Assembly (NCBI GenBank): GCA_905178155.1
Contig: CAJINV010000003.1
Location: 9,927,979 to 9,991,978, forward strand
Source: Amoebophrya sp. A120
Taxonomy: Eukaryota > Protista > Dinoflagellata
Direction of reading: 5' to 3'
Length of the DNA stretch: 64,000 bases
Part shown: positions 22,309 to 34,600 of the stretch, piece by piece
How the letters are laid out: the number at the start of each line of letters is the position of its first letter
Numbering within the stretch: the stretch's first letter is position 1
Program-made: the position numbers and the translations under genes
The notes under the pieces: generated by a model
Database searches by the model: none
Told to the model about the DNA's origin: nothing
The model's input: the letters and a program-made list of their open reading frames with translations, nothing else

Positions 22309-23139
22309 ATGCCTGACGCTTATGAAGATCCTCTCGAGCAGCAGGAGTCTCCGGCTCCTGAGGATCCCTTGCCTAAGGACCAAGATGAGAAGACGGCCGC
22401 CCTGGTAGCGGGTATGTTCACTTCCTTGTTGACGAAAGTCACCAAGGAAGCGGATGACGAGACGAAGGACCTGGAGGCCTGCCAAGCGCAGTGCGGAATT
22501 TGTGAAGATGTCGTGCTTCCGGCTAGCTCTTTTTCGGCGGTCCTGGGGTGTGTTAAGAAGCGCGGCGTCCAGTTCAAGGACGAGAAGGACACTATCGGGC
22601 TTTTGGGAGGAGTTCTACATGTGGGCAAGATGGGCATTGAGTTGGCGAACAGCCTCGGGCTCTCTTTGCTCCTGCGCTTTGGGAAACACCCGAACTGGAT
22701 CGCGCACTTCAGCACCATGTGGAAGGGCGCGGGGACTCTTGTTGTGGATAGTTCGCCGCTGTTGGGCGGCCCCAAGCCCTCCTCTATCAAGGAACCGATC
22801 GACGTTTACGCGCGCCGCGTCTGGGTGTGGTTGGTGACCTGTGGGATGTCGGAGCTGCGGAGCTTGTGTGCGCCTCCCACCTCTAACAAGCACGACCCGC
22901 CTCTGAAGCGCCCGCGCTGGGAGCCGGGTGCGCAATCGGGTCCGTGCGCGTTGTTCCTGCAGTATGGCTCTTGCCATCGGGGCAGTTCGTGCCAGTTCCA
23001 GCATAAGTCGCCGGATAGTTTGGACCACATGAAGAAGATTGTTTCCTCCAAGGGTTGGCGTTTCTGCCCGGAGGAAGCTTGGAAGAAACGTGACAAGTCT
23101 ACCGCTGGCGCTTCTTCTTCATCCTCTACGAAGAAGTGA
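22309..23139 (+). CDS. CCCH zinc-finger, Gag-like protein, 276 aa
   Basis: CALFLQYGSCHRGSSCQFQH (22945-23004) = C-x8-C-x5-C-x3-H; intronless ATG..TGA ORF inside the SDR element. Confidence 0.8.
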   Translation: MPDAYEDPLEQQESPAPEDPLPKDQDEKTAALVAGMFTSLLTKVTKEADDETKDLEACQAQCGICEDVVLPASSFSAVLGCVKKRGVQFKDEKDTIGLLGGVLHVGKMGIELANSLGLSLLLRFGKHPNWIAHFSTMWKGAGTLVVDSSPLLGGPKPSSIKEPIDVYARRVWVWLVTCGMSELRSLCAPPTSNKHDPPLKRPRWEPGAQSGPCALFLQYGSCHRGSSCQFQHKSPDSLDHMKKIVSSKGWRFCPEEAWKKRDKSTAGASSSSSTKK

Positions 23140-23535
23140 GCTCGTCCCTCGTGCCGGAAATTTCTTTTCCGCTTGCGTCCGTTGTAGGATCTATTTATTT
23201 TCCCGCTTCACAAATAGGACCAGTGCTAGTTGCTGCTGCATTTTGAAAAGATTTATCTTTGGGGACCTTCAGAGGCCACAAACCTGTCACTACCTGCTCG
23301 ACTCGAGATGTGTATGGTGTTCGAATTTTACCCGCAGGCCACTTTCATCTGCGGCGGTTTCTTCTTCGTTTCGGTACTGAGGTTTGTGTCGCTTTGTCAT
23401 TTTATTTTTCGGTCCGTCGTCGTTGCCGGCTACGCGCTCATCGATGGGGCGCACTGGTTTCCCAAATTCAGCTACTGGCCGCCAGCGTCTCAGCGGGTTC
23501 TTTGGGATGCTTCGGCGTGCCCAGCCTCCGCCGGT

Positions 23536-23798
23536 GGGGTAGGTGCTCCATTTGAGCGCCTCGACGACGCAGAGGGAGATAGCTCCCATCGAGCGATCAT
23601 CCATCGGGTGATCCGTCTGCGGTAACTGTATAAAATGTATGCCCGGGCAACAACAGGCTAGCGAGCCTGTGAGTCTAGGCTGGGGGTGGTCGGGCGGTAT
23701 TTTATAGGTGGCTCCGCCCCCACCAGTCTCTATACGGTAGCCGGAACTTGAGAAGACTCGTCAGAACAGCCCGCCGACTTTCGGGGTGGGATTTTGTT
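23536..23798 (+). repeat. Internal B1-A2 repeat junction (copy of the predicted circle junction)
   Basis: ...CTGTATA-AAATG-TATGCCC... joins the element's right-end sequence to its left-end sequence. Confidence 0.93.
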
Positions 23799-23919
23799 TC
23801 GCCCACCCTCCCGCCCTTTTTGGTTTTTCGTGTACTAGGTTACTACGGATGGGTCGCTAGACCTCGCGCCGCCTGGCGTGTGCTAGGTGAGACAGAGGTT
23901 TGAAATTATCTTCCATTGC

Positions 23920-24020
23920 GGGGTAGGTGCTCCATCTGAGCGCCTCGACGACGCAGAGGGAGATAGCTCCCATCGAGCGATCATCCATCGGGTGATCCGT
24001 CTGCGGTAACTGTATAAAAT
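23920..24020 (+). repeat. Split direct repeat B2
   Basis: Matches 23536-23636 except CATTTGAG vs CATCTGAG. Confidence 0.95.
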
Positions 24021-24865
24021 AACAGTAGAGATATGTCAGATGTTGTAGCAAGGTCGCCAACGTTTCAATCTGACCGCCTTTTTCTTTTTGCCAGCTACCG
24101 GGCAATAAGGTGCGCGCCAAATCCGAAGCGACTGGAGGAAGCGTTTTCTGACACAAAAAATGCGAATTTTTTACCGGCTGCTTGAGCTTTGTTATTATAT
24201 ATACTTGTTTGTAGCTAAACAGGCTCGAGTTCGAGTATCGATCACCGAGTGAAGAAACCACGCGGGGGAGCCGACAAAAGTGGTGCCCGTTTGAGGCTTC
24301 CAGAGCCCCAGCAGTTTCTGGTGATGTTGGATCTTCAAGAAGGGCCGCTAAAAAAGCCCTAGCGAAAAAGAGCAAGCAGGCCTGCATGCTATTGGCGCTA
24401 TTTTTGCCCAGATTTGAAAACTGCGAACGTGGCAACCGCGCGCGGCACTTTTTGTTGCTAGATATAGTTGTTGAAATAATGCGGGGCGACAAAACGCTTG
24501 GGCTAAGTCTTTCCGTCTTCTAATTACAAAAAGGACCGAGAAAGCGACTCACGCCAAAAAGCGAAGCTCGTCAATCCGAATGCTTCGGGGCTGATTTTGG
24601 GCCCACCATTTGGCCGCCAGGCGCGGAGGCTTAGCGCGCAGAGTCAATAGTTTTTGCGGGTTGAATACCAAAGAGCTTGCGAGTTGTGGCCGCGACTGTC
24701 GTCGACAGTCATACTGCCGGGGCTTGGGCGCACACAAAAAGCAGCAGGCTCCTTTAAGCCGGGCAGCCGCAACTGCTGGGACCGCGCAACAGGTGGCCGC
24801 CCCGGTTCCAGAATTTAGCCGCGCCCCAGGAAAAAAATCGCTCAGGCCTCACTACCGAGCTACAG

Positions 24866-25989
24866 GTATTCTGTGGATCGATGAAACGAGTTACCTAGAG
24901 AGAATGATGGTGAGTGATGCGAAATCCCTCATTGCTGGTTACCAGCTGCTTCCGCGTGTGACCCATGCAGAGCTGCAATGACGAAAGTCCTTTGCATAGG
25001 GCCTCGGAGGTGAAAGCCAGCACTAAGCGGCGCGTGAAAGCTGCTCTGCGCAACACGTTCTAGAGGAAAAAGGCGCGCAGTACTTACTTGCCCATTGGAA
25101 GTGCTATGATGCAAATATGCGTTATTTTGCGTGGCGGGGAACTTCGCAATTGAATCTAAGTGATCGTCCCTAGTTTGTTGTTGTTCACTCGATGAGTCAA
25201 CTCTCCAAAGGTGGCGGCGACTACGGCTACTACTCTCTAGTAGCGAAAAAGCAAGTGTTTCCGGATCCGTTCCCAGGATCGGAGGACGGGAAGCAGAGCG
25301 GCAGCCTAGACACGGCGGTCGCAAATTTGTTTGCGAGTTTGGGTGACGCAGCGAGCAGCAACACTTCAACGGGCACTGTTACATCTACTACCCAGCAACA
25401 GCATGGTTCAATTTCAACCACCGGCACTGCCCGTGCGAACGCTAGTGCCCGCACGGTTGGTCTGCCGAAGGAGGGTGCGTGCGCCGGGCTTTTCACGGTA
25501 CCGGGCGGGAATCAAGCCGGGTCCAGTATAATCGGAAGCGAGCTGGAGGAACTACTGGGTGCTATTGGATCGGCCCCCGCTCCGAGCGGCACCAACTCTG
25601 CGACCAGCAGCGCGCACGGCGATAACTCGAATTCCAACCACCCTCTGCTTCGCAGCACCGCTGTGACAGGGGCGGCGGTAGGGTCCAATCTACAAGACTT
25701 GGACTTCGTCTCCTGGCTAACCGCCGGGGCTTCGTCGGGGACCTCTACTACTTCCACCGACTTCACCACATGCCAGACCGCGTCCAGCGCCAAGACGTCG
25801 CAGGCCTTTCGCAGTTTGTCCGGTGGAGGCAGCTCCGCAAGCTCCTTTCTGGACCAGTTCTTGAACGGCATTGCTTCCACCTCCGGCGGGGCCAGCGGGT
25901 TTTCGGGCGCCGGCTCCGGCAGCAGTGTAAGCAGAGTAGTGGAGTCTGAGCTGGACTCGATGATGAATTGGGTTCTCGTCCGAACATGA
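24866..25989 (+). CDS. Putative exons of an unidentified host gene (Ser/Thr/Gly-rich protein)
   Basis: Candidate exon 24866-24909 (CAG|...|GTGAGT; ILWIDETSYLERMM) splices in frame to TAG|25174 and ORF 25192..25989; no family recognised. Confidence 0.4.
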
Positions 25990-26139
25990 AAACTTTTCCT
26001 ACCCCAAAACCAACACGGATTTGCTTCCATTGCTGCAAAGTTTCTCATATGGAAAACACAGCACCAAGGCAAAGTTTGCGGGTAAGAATAGAGATTATTT
26101 TTACTAAGTGAGCAGGCACCTTCCGCGTAGCAAACCTGT

Positions 26140-29100
26140 GCACTAGGGACTCGCGCCACTTATGAACCCCTCGCGTTTTGCCCGAAGAGGAAGGGCGGAC
26201 GCGTTGCGTTGTGGTGCCCAGGTGTGAAGCCGCTACGCGCCGGCCCGGTTTATCGGAGCCCGCTGAAAGCAAGGGGGGGCGTTTGCATTGCCAGCTGCCC
26301 TCCGCCGCCCCCTTCGGGGCGAAAAGCGACCGAAGCCCCACCCTGGCCGAATTGGTTGGCGCCGGCCGCACGGTTTTGGTAGTGTGCCCGCCACGCCTCC
26401 TTTGGTTTGCGCTGGTGCGGCGAAGGTGGTCGCCCGAAAAGACGGGGGAAGGAAATAGCTGCCGAGAAAGCCGCCCGGAAGGGCGCGTGGTGGCGTCTGC
26501 TAATCTCCCCGGCGCCACACGGTTGCGCCCCGAAGGGTCGGCGCCGCCAGCGACGGCGCCCCCTGTTTTTAGCATGGCGGCTGGTCGGCTGGCCGCGGGG
26601 TATCGCCCCGCGTTCCCCATTCCCGGTCCGCTTTTTTTTGGTCGGCCACCTTTTTGTTTTGCTGGCATACCCGCTCGGCTCCTGCCCCACACCCAGCCTG
26701 CCCCGCATGGGCAGCCCGGCCTGGGTTCCCTGGTCCGCGGGGCCCCTGCGCCCCCCGGCCCTCTGTTTCCGTGGGAGCGCCCGCGCGCGCGGCCGCGCCT
26801 GTTGCGTTATCGTTCCTAGCGCCACGGGCGGGGCGCCTCTCAACATGCGCCCAACCCCTTCTGCGTGGGCGCCCGGGGATTGTCCGGCGCCGGCGCATTT
26901 GCTAAGGCCAAGGCCGCCACCGCGCGGCGCCGCGCCGTCTGCCCGTGCGGCGGCTTTCGGAGGCGAAGTCGCCGGCGGGCCCAATGTCGCGCCGCCTCCT
27001 GGCGGGCTCGCGGCCCCGCCGTTTTACGGCAGCCGACCGATGGTCGGGCGGCGGGCCGCGGGGCCGGCGCGGCACTCCGGGGCCCCTTCGTCTGGCACCG
27101 GCGCCGGCCTCCCGTCCCGCCCCGGCCCCCTGGCTACGCGCGGCGCTAGCCGGGTAGCTTGGCGGCCGGGAAGGGGCTTCCTGCTTTCCCGCGCTTGTTA
27201 TTTTCGCGCGCCACCCCCAGCCGGCCGCCCGCCGCCTCGGTTTGTGCTTTGCCGGCGCAATTGCCCTGCCCTGCACTCTTCTCCCCTTCCGCATTTGGCC
27301 TCGCCCTTTGCCGCACCTGCAGCCGGCCTCGCAGGCCGACCGCCGCCCGCGCCCGGTCGGCTGCCCGCCGTGCGGGCAGCCGCTGGCCCGGGCCGCGCGA
27401 GGCACCCGCTTGGCTTTGAAAGAGAAGAGCCCGCGCCCCATCGCGACGGGCCCGCCCGGGAAAAGAGGCCGCGCCCTTTGTTTCTTTCGCTTCGGTTGCC
27501 AGGAGCGCCGCCCGCGCGCCTTTTTGCCGCGACGACGCCAGCAGCGGACGGGTTCTGGCGGACCCATTTCAGCGCGCGCTTGCAGCGGAAGCGGCGCGGG
27601 GGGCTTTTTGGGTGTTGGCATGGCGGGGCGGGGTTTTAACAGGTTCCGGGCGCACCGGGCCCGGGCTTTGGCGGCCCCGGGCGCTGGGGCCTTGCGGCTA
27701 AAGCAGGGCAGTCCGAAGCCGCCGGCCCCACCGCTGCAAACCCGAAGCCGCGGCCGCCGGCGCGGCGGGCCCCTTCGCCGAAGGCACGGAAGCCGCCGGC
27801 CCCGAAGCTCGGGGGCCCCGCGCGGTAGATCGCGGCACTTGCGGCGCGCTGGCTTGGCCCGAACATAATGGCCGCGCCCGGGTCCGGATCCGGAGTCGGG
27901 TGCGTTTTGGGGAAGGCAGGTAGGGCCCTACGCCCGGGGCTGCGACCGGGGTAGCAAGGCCGAGGGGGCTCGGGCTCGGGCTGCCCGGGGGTGCCGGGGC
28001 AAGCTGGCACCATTGAAGCCCCGGCGCAGTTTCGGGGTCCGCGGTTTCTGGGTGCCTGCCCCTTTGCCTATTTCTTAAAATCTCGCACGCCCCTACCGTT
28101 CGGGGCGGCCCCGTGCGCCGGCGCCTTCTTGGCGCGAGGCGCGCACGCTTGCAAGGAGCGCGGGGCGTTTTTGGTTTCCTTGATTTTGAAGCACGTAGCG
28201 CCCGGGAATAGCTGCGCCACTTGGGAAATTGCAGGAAGCACCGGGGCGCACCCCGTTCGCGCCCCGCCGAGGGTTTTGCGGGCGCGGTTGCGCAGTGCGC
28301 GAGGCGCCAGGCTTTGCGGATGTGCCTCCGGCAATGGGGCCTGCCCCCGTCCCGGGCCGGACGCGCACGGCGCTGCGCGTAGTGGGGCAGGGCGCGGGGG
28401 CAGGGCCTCCGTTCCGCACCAGGCGCGCGCAGGGTGGCTCAGCGCACGGGCGCCCGCACGGGAGAAGAGCGCGGCACCGGGGCGGGCTGCGTCCGCCCGC
28501 CGCCCCGCAACGGGCGCGCGCGTAGTTTTTTGGCAGGCGCGCGAGCCGCCAAGCAGTGCGACCTGCCCCTCCGTGCCTGCGCACGGAATCCCAAGCGTAG
28601 CGCAGGGGCAACCAGCCCCACAACGAGCCAGCTGCGCCCTGCGGGGCTTTCGGTGGGGTAGGCGGCGAGGCGCGGCCGCACTCGCGCGAAGAAGGGGCCC
28701 CAGGGGGCGGGGCCGGGCGAACCAAGTGGGGCCGCTAGGTCCGGGGGGGAGCAGCGGCTGCCCCACCTGCGCCGGCCGGCCGGCCCGGCCCATTTTGCCT
28801 TTTGAAGGATTCGGCCGCGGGCCTCAAAATTGCCCGCGGGGCCGCCGGCCCAAAGCTTTGCCGCCTTTTCACGCCTCTCGGCACCCGGCGGCAAGAGTCC
28901 GCCCTTGGGAGATAGGGCCGCGGGCGAGTCTGCGGCCGCTTTCCCGGCGCCTATAGACTCCGCGCGGCCCGCCGCCTCCAAGGCGGCGCCCTTCATCAGC
29001 CGGCTCTTGGCGGCATTGGCGCGATGGGAGGATAGGGCCGGGCCCGCGGTGGACCTTGCCGGGGGTCCGGGGTGCTTCACTCGCAGCTTTGCCGCCCTGC

Positions 29101-30400
29101 CCGCCCACGGCGGAGTGCGCGGGCCTTTCGCAGCTCCGGGGCCCCGCGGCCGGTCTTGGCCCCGCCAAGGAGCCCCGCTCCCCAAACCCGGCGGCCTTCT
29201 TAGGCGGCGGCACGCGCGCGCGTTCGCACTTGCCCGGGCGGCGTGCTTGTCCGCTTCGCGTTTTCTCCTTGGTGGCATGGCGCATGCAGCAAAGCGGCAG
29301 CGCTGCTCGCGCTCCGCGGCTCCTCGGTGGGATGTGCGGGCGCCGCCGCGCGCACCCTGCGGGCCAGGGCGCCGCGCCTTTGGCCCCGCCCGCGGGCGCG
29401 CATAGATATGGCTCCGCGCCCAATGGCGCAACCTCCGCCGCGGGCGCCGCGCGCACCCCCTTCGCGGGAGGCCGCCGCGGGGACGTAGGCAAACCGAGCG
29501 GGGCCCCTCGGGGGCCCGAGGCCCAGCAGGCAAAAACGGAGAACCCAGGGTATGCGGCCGGTTGGGAAACACGCGCGGCAGCCGAAATGCAGCCCGGCCA
29601 AGTGTGCCGGCTCAAATTCGGGACGGCCGGGCAAGGGCCCCATCGCCTCCGGATCTGTTGGAGGGCCCGCAAAAAGCCGCGGCGCCATTTGCGAAGGGCG
29701 AACGGGTGGCGCGCGGGTGGCTCCCGCAATAAGCCGGGGCGCACACAGCGGCGCAGGGACACCCTGCGCAGAGGCCCTCGCGCGGGGTGCGGGGGTGCGC
29801 CTCTTGGCCGCAGGGCGATCGCGCTGCAGCGGCATTGTGCAGCGTGCGGCGCCCGCTGCAGCGCCCGCCCCTTAGTCCTGTTCTTTGCGGGGGCCCTTTT
29901 CTTTCCGGCTTCGGGCCCTTTCCAAGCCTTCGCCGGTTCTGGGGGCTTGGCAAAAAATTCGCCGAGGGCCATCGCCTAGGCGTTTGCGCACCCTTTGCGC
30001 GGCGGGGGGCCCTCGCGCGTTTCTTTGGAGGTCGCTAAGGAGGAAATCCCCAGACCATAACCGTGCGGGGGTCCACAAGAATGAGCCCGCGGCGGTAGCT
30101 GCAGCAAAGTAGCGCCGGAGGCGCGCGGCGTCATGCCGGCTTTCGAATTTCCCGAGCTGGGCCATTCATCTCGCGCCCGGAGCCGGTTGGCTTTGCAGCG
30201 CGAGCACAGTGCTGCGCTTTTGCGCCCTTTATTCCCGCGCCTTCTGTGTTGCGAAGGCGAAACGAAAACGCACACGGGAACGTGCTACAGCCCTCAGAAG
30301 GTGGCGCTGCCCTCTCCTGTCGCCAGCCGGCTGTTGCCTTTTCCTGTCGCCGGGGTGTTTGTTGCCAGGGCTCCGGCCTCTGAGTAGCACTGCCAGAAAA
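26140..30400. repeat. Extremely GC-rich, probably non-coding repeat/TE-derived block; boundaries approximate
   Basis: Abrupt rise in GC; overlapping R/P/G/A-rich ORFs in all six frames with no protein-like motif. Confidence 0.5.
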
Positions 30401-30734
30401 GTGCGCGGAAGCATTAGAATCAGTAGTGTCGCCCATGTAGAAACTGCGCGACTTTGCAAGCGATTCGAGCCTCGGGGGGCAGGCCACTTTCCAATATGAA
30501 AACTGTATTCCGAGTATAGTCGCACGGCTAGTATCCACGGCAAAAGTTGCGCCTTCGTGTGCGTACCTATTAACAAATCTTCCCGAGAGGGACGTGGAAC
30601 GAGGTCACAGGGAACTCGTTCTATTTCTCAGGCGGCGTGAAAGTTTGAACAGTCTGCATGACTTGCTACGCAGTTTGTACGTAACTACCCATTTTGCAAG
30701 TAGCGACGCGCGTACCTGTGCCGTGTATCATGTC

Positions 30735-31620
30735 CTCCGCAATGCCCTCGACCGGTAATGGCGCTTTGGACACGAGTGCAGCTGGCGATCAGCGAGGTCT
30801 ATCCTGTGCAAGAAGCACCACAAACAAAAATAATTGAAAGCAGGCACATCGTACTCCATCTGAAACTTCACACGTTCAAAGCTTCTGCGTTAGTCGTTTG
30901 CCTATCGGCGCCGGCACTTTTTTCTATTCTTCCAGGCGAAGGAATGAGTTGATCTAGGGAAGACTGCGAGCTTTTTTCCAGCGGATTTGAGTTGTTTGTA
31001 ATTCGCATTCTGGCGGTGGTGACTCGCTAGCTTCTTGTAAAGAAAGAAATAATTGGCGACGAGAAGCCGCGAGCAGTAGCACTTCCTGGATCTGTGCAAC
31101 GAGAAGCTGCGGAGCCAATAGAGCTGTTTGGTGTGCTGCTGTCACTGTGGCGTGCTTTTTACTCAGGATGGCGGCGCCCTGAAGGTTTCGGCAGCGTAAT
31201 CCAGCATTCGGCAGCGACGTCTGCGAAGGGGTGCAGTCAGCACCGTACGTTTCAACAAAGCAATTTTGCCAATAGCGCGAGCAGTAGCCCTTTTCCCGGG
31301 GTCGGCGCCGTATTCGGCAGCAACACCCCACTTGCCGACCACTTTTTGGCGGCTACGTCACTTGGTAGTAGCACAAGCAGCGGTATCGTGATAAAAAATC
31401 TTCCATCTCATACTCGAAGCGCAATGTGTGTAGCATTACCTGCGTCGTTGAAAAAATGCGGCCTCAATGGGCGTGATTCGTCTCCGGGAAAGACGAGTGC
31501 CGTTTTACCTCGGAGTATGGGGAAAGGGATTTTTTCCTTGTGATGCGCACAGGGTCGGCCGTGGAGAACCACCTGTTTGCACCTGTGCGAGGTTATCCAG
31601 GAGAAAGCGCATCGATACCA
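30735..31620 (+). CDS. Putative exons of an unidentified host gene
   Basis: GT-AG introns 30797-31046 and 31383-31552 join open frames: SSAMPSTGNGALDTSAAGDQR-EIIGDEKPRAVALPGSVQREAAEPIELFGVLLSLWRAFYSGW...SSTSS-GSAVENHLFAPVRGYPG. Confidence 0.4.
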
Positions 31621-34600
31621 GTACCGCACACGACACTTGCGCTCTCCTTTGTTTTGATTTGAAGTAGCTTCGTCACTTTTTGTCTGTTCTGTGCCTCCAT
31701 TCGCCGCCCGCGTTTACGCCCGCGCGACGTGCCCCAAATAACCAAGTAGCCATATTGATAATTCCAGCGAAGCGCGATCATTTTTGAGGCGCTTGGAGTT
31801 TCGCGACGCTTTTCTTTTTGCGGGGCTTTGTTAGATAAGCCCACGTGTTCAGGCAGTCAGATAGAACCCACAGCGAGGATGCCACTTTGTATAGGTGTGG
31901 AATGCTTGCCCGGCAAAAAGTACCGTCGCCGATCAAGCGGCTGTATTGCAGTGGCTTTTGCCTTTCGCGCGGCCGTTCTGCGTGCCGATATCGGCGGCGC
32001 CACTATTTATCGGCGCGGGCAACGCGTTTGGCAACGCACCACGCAAGCTGACCAAAAGCCGGGAACGGTTAGGCAAGCTAGCCGCGTGCCCATTAGTTTG
32101 CTGATGGTCATGATCACGGGGGCGCAGCCCTCTATGCCACGGGTGCGGGATGTTCCTTCGGCAAACGCGCCCCCAATTCTATGCAATTACTGGCGCCAGA
32201 CAAGTAGTGGGGCGCCTTGCTACCACTTACGCCAGACGCGAGTGTGGTGCAGGATGCGGCTGGGGAAAATGCCCGGCACTGGGCGAAGCGGGGGCCACGC
32301 CCGTAGTGCTAAAAAACTAGCAGAGGCGAGAACAAACTACCCACCTCGGCGAGGGCGATAGCTTGGGCGCGAGTCGTGGCGACTTAGATAGCAAGGCGAA
32401 CGACCCAGGACGCAGCCGCCCTGGGAGTGAGCTTCGTGGGGCTCCCGTTAAGGGCCGCCGTCCCGCGGCGAATCTGAGTGGCCATTGACCCCTTCAGCCG
32501 CCAATGGTCCACCCGCGTGCGCGTCCGCGCGCCCCCTGCGATGCCGGCGACGATGCGACGTATCCCCTATCGGCGTAACTGGCAGCGCCAGCGCCGTCTG
32601 CGAGTTAGTATAGCACGCCGAAGCACTCCTGTGCCATCGCGCCAGTTCCAGACAGCACACGCAAAAAGAAAGAAGCGCGCCGCACGGGATCACCGACCGG
32701 CAGACGGGGGGGCGGCGGGGCCCGGCGGCGCTGCCTCGAACCGCCCAACATTGCAGCAGGCCGCGAAGTCGGGCCAGCAGATGCGGAGTCACCGGGGCCC
32801 GGCGGATCCACATGGGGTGCAGGCCGGTCCGGTAGCTGCGGAGGAGCGGCGACTCTGCTTCGACCGGCCCGGCTTTGCAACTGCAATTCAGGCCGGCAGG
32901 CGTGGGGCCGGAAAGCTCCAAGGTGATTCGGAGAATTAGACCTAGAGCGAAGCTCACAGCTGAATCTGAAACTCCGGCGCGAGGCTGACTCTGGAACTCT
33001 AAGTGACGGCTGAGCTGTTTAATCCATGGCAGTTGGTCACAAGGATAAGACTTACACACGGACGCCCGACCTTGACCTTAAGCCTTCGCACTACACATAT
33101 GCTCTGGATCATGGTATGGGTGTGCTTTTCGCTTAGATGGAGGTGTGGGCGGTGGGTGCGGGTCGGTGCAGGGCGGGGGCACGAATCGAGGCAGCCACCG
33201 CAGCAGCGCAGGACCACTCGGACAAGGGGGATCTTTATCGGATCCGAATGCAGTAAATGTGTTATCACGAGGAGAAGTGCCGCCTTGATGTCAGAAGCAG
33301 GCTGCTTGCGCCGCTGCATTTGTGGCCATAAATGGTTTTGCATTGTATGTGGGAAAACGGGAGCTGTGCCGCAGAGTGCTGTCAGGCCCATGTTGATAAG
33401 CCGACGCGACAGCTAGACTGATAAAACTAGTACTTGGGTGGCGATCTTTTCGCGGTTCAGTTTTGGGTGCCAAGATGAATTGCGGTGGCTACAAATCGCG
33501 CATTACAGCTCTACCCCTGAGTATTTGGCTCCGGCTTTTTTCATCCGTGCGATAGGCGTTTTCGGATTTCGGGCAGCCGAGCACAGCGAGTTCCTCCGCC
33601 ACTGGTCCGCTCTGCAACGGACCTGCGTATGGTTGTCACCGCGCCCGGGGAGACCCCGGAACTTTTTCGCACCGCCGCGACCTACCAGAGTGAACAATAC
33701 CAGCAAGAACCTCATCAGTCGAGGAAGGCTTTACAGCGTGATTTGTGTGTGTGTGTAGCAACTGGTCCAGCATACGAGTGGAAATCCGCAAGAGCAAAAC
33801 CGGAAAAGTTGGACCTGCGGATCGGATTATCCAGTAAACCTTTCTCAAGTAAACGCTGGCCGATGTGAGTCAGGGTGCGTCACAAGCACTCAATTCATTC
33901 GCTCACACTACTTAAGCGGGCCGCCATTTGGCAGATTTGTTGCGAACTTAGTATACCGAAGAAGGTGGTGTTTTTCTGCCTTGATGCGAGACACGTGAAC
34001 GCAAATCACGCGAGTGAGGTCTTTTCGAGTGCGTGGGGACGGAGGGATCGATTTTCTTTTCGATACAACCACCAGCGTCCCTACGAGCGGACCATCTGCC
34101 GGCTCGATCCGCGCACGCTAGCCGCACCGACGGGCGGTCTATCGCAAGATGAAACATACCCACCCCAGAGCCGTCACGCACTTCTTGCATGTGCCGCAAG
34201 TATTTGATGAGGCACGTAACTCGCGCAGACATGACAAAAAGGCGCGCAATACTTTGGGAAAAACTGCGATACAGAAAAAAACTTGAAACTTTGAAGATCC
34301 GTTGAGACTAGCACTCTTGGAAGCAGGGCTGCAATGGGATTCGCAGTCAAGTATATGCCGCACCGGGCAGCTGCAGCAGGTAAGTAGGTGGCCGAGGTTG
34401 TGAAAGAGCTTGCGACCCGGCTGCAGCGACAACGGGCGTGGAAGGTCCTGCTTCAGATTCCGCAACCACTGCGCGTCTCCCGCGTTTCGGATCTTTCCCG
34501 GGCGCCCTTCCAGTTTTACTGTTTTAGTGCGCTGCATTGATTTTCCCATGTGGCTAACTAGGCACTAAGCAAGGGCGTGGGTGCAACTATTTTAGAACCC

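Larger units (their letters stand above)
20048..24021 (+). mobile_element. Split-direct-repeat tyrosine-recombinase element (Ngaro/PAT-like architecture), RT-less
   Basis: A1 20048-20213 = A2 23633-23798 (166 bp, no mismatch seen); B1 23536-23636 = B2 23920-24020 (101 bp, 1 mismatch). Order A1-YR-CCCH ORF-B1A2-B2; B1/A2 overlap at AAAT. Confidence 0.9.

Noticed and set aside
20214-23535. Reverse transcriptase/RNase H in the SDR element
   Set aside because: No YxDD-type RT motif in the listed ORFs and no remaining space for an RT ORF.
26045-30275. Long R/P/G/A-rich ORFs (up to 410 aa)
   Set aside because: Expected by chance at this GC content; present in all six frames.
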